From assembly GCA_963793275.1 (NCBI GenBank), contig CAWBZL010000002.1, positions 101,590 to 165,589 on the forward strand: DNA of 64,000 nt. Direction: 5' to 3'. This document shows, in pieces, positions 29,850 to 35,835 of the stretch. Position 1 is the first letter of the stretch. Each line of letters starts with the position of its first letter. A program made the position numbers and the translations under genes. Under the pieces are notes generated by a model, which searched no databases, had not been told where the DNA came from, and was given only the letters and a program-made list of their open reading frames with translations. This stretch comes from an uncultured Flavobacteriaceae bacterium. Lineage in GTDB: Bacteria > Bacteroidota > Bacteroidia > Flavobacteriales > Flavobacteriaceae.

Positions 29850-29871
29850 CCGCTCTCTGTAAAGAGGGTGG
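29850..29871 (+). other. GNRA-capped hairpin immediately upstream of the tRNA array
   Basis: CCGCTCTCT-gtaa-AGAGGGTGG, 9 bp including two G-U pairs that are valid only on the + strand. Confidence 0.6.
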
Positions 29872-29876
29872 TATAC

Positions 29877-29960
29877 GGGAGTGCGTCAACGCTGGAGAGT
29901 TGAGATAGTCTGTAAAACTATTCCTTAGTAGCTGAATAGGTTCAAATCCTTTCACTCCCA
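29877..29960 (+). tRNA. tRNA-Tyr (GTA), class II, 84 nt
   Basis: Acceptor GGGAGTG/CACTCCC, anticodon arm ATAGT-CTGTAAA-ACTAT, variable stem TTAG/CTGA, T loop TTCAAAT. Atypical C8 and one U-U mismatch in the T stem. No encoded CCA. Confidence 0.75.
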
Positions 29961-29963
29961 CAG

Positions 29964-30036
29964 AGTACCGTAGTTCAAAGGCTGGAGCGTCCGGTTGTCT
30001 CCCGGAAAGGTACGGGTTCGAGTCCCGTCGGTACTG
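29964..30036 (+). tRNA. tRNA-Asp (GTC)
   Basis: Acceptor AGTACCG/CGGTACT, D arm GTTC/GAGC, anticodon arm TCCGG-TTGTCTC-CCGGA, T arm ACGGG-TTCGAGT-CCCGT, discriminator G. Atypical A1-U72 and U37. Confidence 0.85.
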
Positions 30037-30115
30037 CGAATGATATTGAAGGAGTTTGCATCGGGACGAGAAGTTTATCCTGAGTAGTGGTGAGGCACGA
30101 GCCGCGAATCGAAGG

Positions 30116-30130
30116 GAGTCCCGTCGGTAC
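30116..30130 (+). repeat. 15-nt direct copy of the tRNA-Asp 3' end (GAGTCCCGTCGGTAC)
   Basis: Identical to 30020-30034, the T-loop/T-stem/acceptor 3' strand of tRNA-Asp, and lies 96 nt downstream of it. Confidence 0.85.
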
Positions 30131-30168
30131 GGTCATGCCTCCGACGAGAGAGGCACGAACCAGAGGAA

Positions 30169-30240
30169 GGCACTTTAGCATAGTGGTTGGTGCACCTCAC
30201 TTTCTATGAGGAGACCAGGGTTTGATTCCCTGATGGAGTA
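30169..30240 (+). pseudogene. tRNA-Glu(TTC)-like unit with non-pairing acceptor strands
   Basis: The D arm GCAT/GTGC and anticodon arm CCTCA-CTTTCTA-TGAGG are good, and the T stem CAGGG/CCCTG pairs. But the T loop is TTTGATT (no C56), position 37 is U, and 5' GGCACTT versus 3' ATGGAGT pair at only 3 of 7 positions. Confidence 0.5.
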
Positions 30241-30244
30241 CAAT

Positions 30245-30340
30245 GGGCTTATGGTGTAGCGGATAGCATGCTTGGCTTCGAACCAAGTGGTATGTTGCCT
30301 GTGCCGCACTTGATGCGGTATTCAAATCCTGTTAAGCCCA
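30245..30340 (+). ncRNA. 96-nt tRNA-Arg(TCG)-like element with an inserted hairpin and no canonical T stem
   Basis: Perfect acceptor GGGCTTA/TAAGCCC, D arm GTGT/GCAT, anticodon arm CTTGG-CTTCGAA-CCAAG. This is followed by 33 nt containing hairpin CCGCA-cttga-TGCGG (30304-30318). A TTCAAAT loop is present but its flanks (CGGTA / CCTGT) do not pair. Confidence 0.5.
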
Positions 30341-30345
30341 CAAAT

Positions 30346-30418
30346 TGAGGTATAACTCAGCGGCTAGAGTACCGTGCTTTTAACACGGGAGTCCTAGGTT
30401 CAAATCCTAGTGCCTCAA
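30346..30418 (+). tRNA. tRNA-Lys (TTT)
   Basis: Acceptor TGAGGTA/TGCCTCA (one G-U), D arm ACTC/GAGT, anticodon arm CCGTG-CTTTTAA-CACGG, T arm CTAGG-TTCAAAT-CCTAG. U1-A72. Confidence 0.85.
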
Positions 30419-30422
30419 CAAT

Positions 30423-30493
30423 AAACCCATAGTGTAGTGGTAGCACACAAGATTTTGATTCTTGGGGTCTGAGTTCGAATCTCGGTGGGTTTA
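30423..30493 (+). tRNA. tRNA-Gln (TTG)
   Basis: Acceptor AAACCCA/TGGGTTT, D arm GTGT/GCAC, anticodon arm CAAGA-TTTTGAT-TCTTG, T arm CTGAG-TTCGAAT-CTCGG. Confidence 0.85.
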
Positions 30494-30501
30494 CACTATA
30501 T

Positions 30502-30574
30502 GGAACAGTAGCAAAGCGGGTCAATGCACTGGATTGAAGCTCCAGGAATACGGGTTCGAGTCCTGTCTGTTCCA
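30502..30574 (+). tRNA. tRNA-Phe (GAA)
   Basis: Acceptor GGAACAG/CTGTTCC, anticodon arm CTGGA-TTGAAGC-TCCAG, T arm ACGGG-TTCGAGT-CCTGT. Confidence 0.85.
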
Positions 30575-30730
30575 CGAAAGGTCTGTAACGCAGATGATAG
30601 TATCAAGCGGGTCTTGTTGTGTGTTTCGGTATAGCACCATTGCATACGGCGTTGCAACTAGTATTGCGAACGTATGTGCAACTTGACTTGAAGGTTTTGC
30701 TGTTTTCCAAAAAATAGCGGCAATCGTTTC

Positions 30731-30754
30731 GTGGGTTCGAATCCCACTCCCGCC
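30731..30754 (+). other. orphan tRNA T arm plus 3' acceptor-type strand with no matching 5' strand upstream
   Basis: GTGGG-TTCGAAT-CCCAC followed by TCCCGCC. No GGCGGGA-like partner exists in the preceding 156 nt. Confidence 0.6.
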
Positions 30755-30757
30755 CAA

Positions 30758-30842
30758 GCAGGGATAGCGTAGTGGTTAACGCACCAGATAAAGGATCTGG
30801 CAAACGAGAGCAGATGTCGCGGGTTCGACTCCCGCTCCCAAT
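30758..30842 (+). ncRNA. 85-nt tRNA-like element with a non-canonical anticodon loop (TAAAGGA) and an 18-nt variable region
   Basis: D arm GCGT-AGTGGTTA-ACGC and T arm GCGGG-TTCGACT-CCCGC are perfect. Anticodon stem CCAGA/TCTGG pairs, but loop position 33 is A (or a 6-bp stem with a 5-nt loop forms). Own acceptor strands GCAGGGA / TCCCAAT pair at only 4-5 positions. Confidence 0.45.
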
Positions 30843-30846
30843 GTAA

Positions 30847-30916
30847 ATTGGGGTAGCTCAGTTGGTAGAGCACTGCACTTTTAATGCAGGTAATGGACTC
30901 AAAATCCATCATCGTA
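30847..30916 (+). pseudogene. tRNA-Lys(TTT)-like unit lacking a matching 3' acceptor strand
   Basis: ATTGGGG-TA-GCTC-AGTTGGTA-GAGC and the anticodon arm CTGCA-CTTTTAA-TGCAG are canonical. The T arm ATGGA-CTCAAAA-TCCAT lacks TTC. The 3' strand CATCGTA does not pair with the 5' strand. Confidence 0.5.
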
Positions 30917-30973
30917 AAGAAGGTCAACTTTTAAAAAAGACCACCAGCCTGTCACGCTGTTAAATTTGACAAA

Positions 30974-31336
30974 AATAGTATGGGAAGCGTCGGTTTAGAT
31001 TTGCTGAAACGTGAATGAAGAACACTCCTGAAAGTACCTTGAGTGGCGCCGGTGGCTAGTAAAGAATAAATTTCTTTGTGAGCATTTTGAAACCATTGAA
31101 CCTTTTTATTAGGAATCCGTACCTGGAGCCTACTAAAAGGAAGGATGTGGTTTCAACGCCTTACAAACAGGTTTTGTAACTGGTAGCCACCCCGTCACTC
31201 CGTCACTGGAAAGAGGATGTGCCCTGTACTGTTTTTAATTGAAAAGGATTGCGTTAGGGATTGAGCGTTATGTATGAGCTCTTTTTAATTGTTTGAGCAA
31301 TTAGAAAAGCGAGTAGCGAAAGCCCGACCCAGTATT
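30974..31336 (+). ncRNA. candidate large structured RNA (four-way-junction core at 31023-31221)
   Basis: No ORF longer than 14 aa across 30917-31345. Hand-found nested helices include a 16-bp helix 31041-31058/31184-31200 enclosing three hairpins. See findings for details. Confidence 0.4.
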
Positions 31337-31448
31337 GCTTGAGGTATGAAAAGCGATATTGGGAAACGCCCAAAATACAAAAGAAATACACGGTCCCCGT
31401 TACAGACTGTGTTGTTAACTGAATGTTTAATTTCTAAAACTTAAAAAA

Positions 31449-32552
31449 ATGAAAAGAGTTAGAATTAATACCGGAATGGTAGGTTTGGTCTTCAAGAGAG
31501 GAGATTACAAACGAGTAGTAACACAAGGTGTCTATTGGTTAAGCTTTGGAGAGCGTGTTGTAAAATACAACCTTGCCGAAGCCATGCGCAAGGCACCCGT
31601 AGCATTAGAAATTCTTGAAAGGGACGAAGCTTTGGTGGCCCTTTGGCACCAGGTAGATGTTTTGGATACAGAATTGGTCATCGTTTATAAGAACGGCCAA
31701 TACAACCAGATATTAACAGCTGGAAGATATGTATTCTGGAAAGGGTTGATAGACTACAGCTTTACACGTGTAGACCTTACAAAGATCTATATCACGGAAG
31801 CGATTGATACGTCACTTTTTGCCAAATTAGAATTGGCCAAGTATATCCGTTCTTTTGAAGTGGCAACATCTGAAAAAGCGGTGCTTTTAGTAGACGATGT
31901 TTATGTGAAAACCTTAACCGGTGGTACGTACCGCTTCTGGAGAAATGAAACCACTATTAAAATTGCAAAAGCAGATATGCGACAATTGCAATTGGAAGTA
32001 GCTGGACAGGAATTGTTAACCAAGGATAAAGCGGCAATCCGTATCAACTTTTACGCGCAGTATAAAGTAAGCAATGTGGAGCGAGCGCTCTTGGAAAATA
32101 AGGACTACGAGAAGCAATTATACGTGGCTATGCAGTTGGCGTTACGTGCGTATGTAGGTACGTATACTTTAGACGAACTTTTGGAAAACAAATCACAAAT
32201 CGCGAACGCTGTGTTTGAAGACACAAAGACAGCCGCAGATAAATTGGGTGTTACGGTAGTATACTGTGGAATCCGGGATGTGATCTTAACCGGGGAAATG
32301 AAGGACATCATGAACCAGGTGTTGGTTGCACAAAAGAAAGCTCAGGCTAATGTAATTACAAGACGTGAAGAAACAGCTTTGACCAGAAGCTTGTTGAATA
32401 CCGCCAAATTAATGGAGGACAATACCATGCTTTACAAATTGAAAGAGATGGAATACGTAGAGAAAATTGCCGACAAGATTGGCGAGATCACCGTTTCCGG
32501 AAACGGAAACATGGTGAAACAATTAACCGAAATTTTTGCGGTGAGCAAATAG
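31449..32552 (+). CDS. SPFH/band-7 (slipin-like) domain protein
   Basis: The C-terminal half matches the SPFH pattern (LTKDKAAIRINFYAQYKV..., coiled-coil tail). Confidence 0.8.
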   Translation: MKRVRINTGMVGLVFKRGDYKRVVTQGVYWLSFGERVVKYNLAEAMRKAPVALEILERDEALVALWHQVDVLDTELVIVYKNGQYNQILTAGRYVFWKGLIDYSFTRVDLTKIYITEAIDTSLFAKLELAKYIRSFEVATSEKAVLLVDDVYVKTLTGGTYRFWRNETTIKIAKADMRQLQLEVAGQELLTKDKAAIRINFYAQYKVSNVERALLENKDYEKQLYVAMQLALRAYVGTYTLDELLENKSQIANAVFEDTKTAADKLGVTVVYCGIRDVILTGEMKDIMNQVLVAQKKAQANVITRREETALTRSLLNTAKLMEDNTMLYKLKEMEYVEKIADKIGEITVSGNGNMVKQLTEIFAVSK

Positions 32553-32572
32553 TGCCTTAACGGTAGGTGCAA

Positions 32573-32607
32573 GCACTGGGAGTTATATAACTTCTGGTGC
32601 TTTTTTT
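32573..32607 (+). terminator. Rho-independent terminator after the SPFH gene
   Basis: About 12-bp stem 32573-32584/32589-32600 with several G-U pairs valid only on the + strand, then T7 (32601-32607). Overlaps the 3' end of the convergent small ORF. Confidence 0.6.
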
Positions 32608-32768
32608 ATGGTTGTAAGTCCCATTTCTAAAAATCTGGATTGGCGCTCATAAGCTGTCATATCCAAGCAGGGACAACGGTTGCAACGTTTATGTTCTCCC
32701 TTTTTGATGTATTTATCACAGCATTTGGTTTTGATACCTTCTTTCTTCTTTTTGTTTTTCTTTCCCAT
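32583..32768 (-). CDS. small basic cysteine-rich protein (61 aa)
   Basis: TAATG stop/start overlap with the upstream deacetylase gene. CC-x12-C-x2-C-x-C pattern. Confidence 0.5.
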   Translation of the reverse strand: MGKKNKKKKEGIKTKCCDKYIKKGEHKRCNRCPCLDMTAYERQSRFLEMGLTTIKKAPEVI

Positions 32769-33670
32769 TAAAAGAAAATTTCTTGTGCCATTTTATAAGT
32801 ATTTGCGTGGGCCTCAATGATTACATCAATAGCTGGAGAGTAGCCACCACCCATACTTACCTGTACTGGAATGTTGTGTTCTTTACAGGTTTCAAAAACA
32901 AAACGGTCACGGGCTTTACAGCCTTCAATCGTACAAGACAATCTCCCCAATTTATCTCCTTTCAGAATATCTACCCCGCTCAAGTAAAAGATGAAATCAG
33001 GTTGTACTTTTTTAATGAGTTTGGGGAGGGTATTTTTTAAAATCTCAAGATATGCTGCATCTTCTGTACCGTCGTCCAGCCCAATATCCAGATCACTCTG
33101 TTCTTTTTTAAACGGATAGTTTTTCGCTCCGTGCATGGAGAAAGTGAATACATTTGGATTATTCTCAAAAATCTTTGCAGTGCCGTTACCTTGATGTACA
33201 TCTAAATCGACGATGAGAATTTTGGATGCTTTCCGAGTGTCCAATAAATACTGTGCTGCCACGGCTTGATCGTTCAACAAACAAAAAGCTTCGCCACGGT
33301 CTGCATAGGCGTGGTGCGTTCCACCGGCAATGTTTAGCGCAACACGATTTTCTATAGCATATTCGCAGCCTTGTATCGTTCCGCCAATAATATAATGCCC
33401 ACGATTCACTAAATCGGCGCGTAGGGGAAACCCGATTTTTCGTATTTCTTTTTTGTCTAATTCAAGTTTCAGTAAGCGGTTGTAATAGTCCTGTGTATGG
33501 ACTTTGGTAATAATTTCTGCTGAAACTTTTTTGGGTGTAAAGAAGTTTTCTTTGGTACAGATCCCGTATTTTAGAAGATATTCCGGGAGTAAATTATATT
33601 TCGCCATGGGGAACCGATGGCCTTCAGGTAGCGAATATTTATAAATGGGATGGTAGGCGATTTTGAGCAT
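32768..33670 (-). CDS. histone deacetylase-family (class II HDAC/acetylpolyamine amidohydrolase-like) protein
   Basis: GGTHHA and DLDVHQGNG catalytic motifs. Confidence 0.9.
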   Translation of the reverse strand: MLKIAYHPIYKYSLPEGHRFPMAKYNLLPEYLLKYGICTKENFFTPKKVSAEIITKVHTQDYYNRLLKLELDKKEIRKIGFPLRADLVNRGHYIIGGTIQGCEYAIENRVALNIAGGTHHAYADRGEAFCLLNDQAVAAQYLLDTRKASKILIVDLDVHQGNGTAKIFENNPNVFTFSMHGAKNYPFKKEQSDLDIGLDDGTEDAAYLEILKNTLPKLIKKVQPDFIFYLSGVDILKGDKLGRLSCTIEGCKARDRFVFETCKEHNIPVQVSMGGGYSPAIDVIIEAHANTYKMAQEIFF

Positions 33671-33672
33671 GT

Positions 33673-35790
33673 TTATTTGCCTAATTTTAATTGAATGCGT
33701 TTTCTCGGTACATCCACATCCAGCACTTTTACAATAATCTGTTGCTGTAAATGCACGTGCTCGTTTACATCTTTTACAAAACTATCTGAAAGATTGGAAA
33801 CGTGAATTAGACCGCTTTCCTTAATCCCAATATCCACAAAACAACCAAAAGCTGTAATATTATTTACAATGCCCGGTAGCACCATTCCTCTAGTGAGATC
33901 TTCTATTTTTCTGATGTTTTGATTAAAAGTAAAAACTTTCGCTTTTTCACGAATATCAAGACCAGGTTTTTTCAGTTCTTTTATGATGTCTTCCAGAGTA
34001 AGCAGCCCAACATCTTCTGTAATATATTTTTCCAAAGAAATAGTCTCTAAAGCCTTTGTGTTTCCTAGTAGTTCTGAAATTTTAATGCCTTTATTCTTTG
34101 CTATTTGTTGCACAAGGTCATACCGTTCCGGATGTACAGAGGAATTATCTAACGGGTTTTCACCGGATCTAATGCGTAAAAAACCTGCGCCCTGCTCAAA
34201 TGCTTTTGCTCCCAAGCGTGGCACTTTTTTAATATCTTCTCTGGAGGTAAAAGCACCGTGTTCTTCACGATAGGCTACAATGTTTTCGGCCAATTTTTCT
34301 CCTATTCCTGAGACATAACTCAACAGCGGGACACTTGCGGTATTTACATTAATCCCAACAGAATTTACGCAGGTCTCGACCACCCGGTCCAACGAATTAT
34401 TTAATTGTGTTTGATCTACATCGTGTTGATACTGTCCCACGCCAATAAATTTAGCGTCAATTTTAACCAGTTCGGCCAAAGGATCTGAGAGTCTGCGACC
34501 AATCGAAACAGCACCCCGAACGGTAACGTCGTAATTAGGAAACTCATCCCTCGCTATTTTACTCGCCGAATAAATGGAAGCTCCTGCCTCACTCACAATA
34601 AAAACCTCTACCGGATTTTTGAAATATACTTTTTTTATGAAAGCTTCGGTTTCTCTGGATGCCGTACCGTTACCAATGGCAATGGCTTCAATTTTATACG
34701 CATCGGTTAAGGTGCTTATCTTTTTAAGGGCGCCAGTGACATCACTCTTGGGGGGATGTGGGTAGATGGTCTCATTATGCATTAAAGCGCCTTGTGCATC
34801 CAGACAAACTACTTTACAGCCACTTCTAAAGCCTGGGTCAATCGCTAGGATTCGTTTTTCGCCCAACGGCGAACCCAATAATAACTGTTTTAAATTTTTA
34901 GCGAAAATGGCAATCGCCGTTTCGTCAGCTTTCTTTTTTGCGGCAACGAGTATTTCATTGGACAAGGCAGGAAATAGTAAGCGTTTATAAGCATCTTTAA
35001 TAGCTTGTTCTATTTGGTCTGCGCACGCTCCTTGCGATTTTATAAGTTTAGAGTTCATTCGTTCTAAAGCGCGTTCTTGATCAATTTCAATTTTCACCCG
35101 TATAAAACCTTCTGTCTCGGCCCTTAGGATGGCCAATAATCTATGTGAAGGACATCGTTGTAGTGATTCGTCCCAATCGAAATAATCCCTGAATTTTTGC
35201 GCTTTTTCGTCCTCTTTTTTACTTTTTACTGCTTTGGTGCTAAGTATTGCGAAGCGTTCCAGTTGCCGACGAAGATTGTTTCTAATATCGGTACGCTCAT
35301 TAACCCACTCGGCAATGATATGCCTGGCACCTTCAAAAGCTTCTTCGGTACTTATAATATCATTAGAAATAAATCTTTGCGACACATCGTCAAGGTTGCG
35401 AGTGTTCTGAGCCATAATTATCCTGGCTAAGGGTTCTAATCCATTTTTACGAGCAGTTTCAGCCTTGGTTTTGCGTTTCTTTTTAAAGGGTAAGTAGAGA
35501 ACTTCTAGAACTGTGCTATCATTTTCTGCTGAAATTTTAGCCCGTAGCTCCTCTGTTAACTCTCCTTGTTCGTCAATTGCCTTCAGGATAGTTGCTTTTC
35601 GTTTTTCTAAAGTTTCAAATTGCTCTTTTAAGGAAACTATTTGTTCTATCTGAACCTCATCCAGATTTCCGGTGCGCTCCTTTCTATAACGCGCAATAAA
35701 CGGAATGGTACAGTCTTCAGCAAGAAGTGCAAGGGTGTTTTTAATGCTTGCTTCTGGGAGGTTAGATTGTTTTAAGATGTAGTTGAGCAT
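33673..35790 (-). CDS. tex: Tex-family transcription accessory protein (S1 RNA-binding)
   Basis: Full-length Tex architecture (YqgF-like, HhH, C-terminal S1 domain). Confidence 0.95.
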   Translation of the reverse strand: MLNYILKQSNLPEASIKNTLALLAEDCTIPFIARYRKERTGNLDEVQIEQIVSLKEQFETLEKRKATILKAIDEQGELTEELRAKISAENDSTVLEVLYLPFKKKRKTKAETARKNGLEPLARIIMAQNTRNLDDVSQRFISNDIISTEEAFEGARHIIAEWVNERTDIRNNLRRQLERFAILSTKAVKSKKEDEKAQKFRDYFDWDESLQRCPSHRLLAILRAETEGFIRVKIEIDQERALERMNSKLIKSQGACADQIEQAIKDAYKRLLFPALSNEILVAAKKKADETAIAIFAKNLKQLLLGSPLGEKRILAIDPGFRSGCKVVCLDAQGALMHNETIYPHPPKSDVTGALKKISTLTDAYKIEAIAIGNGTASRETEAFIKKVYFKNPVEVFIVSEAGASIYSASKIARDEFPNYDVTVRGAVSIGRRLSDPLAELVKIDAKFIGVGQYQHDVDQTQLNNSLDRVVETCVNSVGINVNTASVPLLSYVSGIGEKLAENIVAYREEHGAFTSREDIKKVPRLGAKAFEQGAGFLRIRSGENPLDNSSVHPERYDLVQQIAKNKGIKISELLGNTKALETISLEKYITEDVGLLTLEDIIKELKKPGLDIREKAKVFTFNQNIRKIEDLTRGMVLPGIVNNITAFGCFVDIGIKESGLIHVSNLSDSFVKDVNEHVHLQQQIIVKVLDVDVPRKRIQLKLGK

Positions 35791-35835
35791 AGGGATAAAG
35801 CCTTTACGATTTAGAATTAAAACCTTGGGCTTTTA

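Noticed and set aside
30037-30168. Tried to fold the 132-nt spacer after tRNA-Asp as a class II tRNA or tRNA-Sec, on either strand.
   Set aside because: No acceptor stem, anticodon arm or T arm with a 7-nt loop could be drawn. Only a D-arm-like AGTAGTGGTGA string and the duplicated Asp 3' end are tRNA-like.
29975-30927. Six ORF-track entries (29975-30181, 30357-30575, 30462-30686, 30521-30757, 30603-30803, 30658-30927) covering the tRNA array.
   Set aside because: They are translations of tRNA and tRNA-like sequence on both strands. They overlap each other in several frames, use alternative starts, and give low-complexity Pro/Gly/Arg-rich peptides.
31117-31125. The 9-mer CCGTACCTG is shared between the structured element and 59929-59937.
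   Set aside because: Thousands of chance 9-mer repeats are expected in 64 kb, so this is not meaningful.
31023-31221. Tested whether the four-way-junction element is a known RNA: cobalamin riboswitch, tmRNA, RNase P RNA, SRP RNA or 6S RNA.
   Set aside because: The conserved B12-box / GCCACTG-GGGAAGGC core is not present, even though GCCAC and CACTGG strings occur. There is no tRNA-like GGGG...ACCA ends or tag reading frame for tmRNA. There is no GAGGAAAGTCC (RNase P) or GGAAGCAGCC-type (SRP) block. 6S is a single rod rather than a junction. It therefore remains unassigned rather than being called as any of these.
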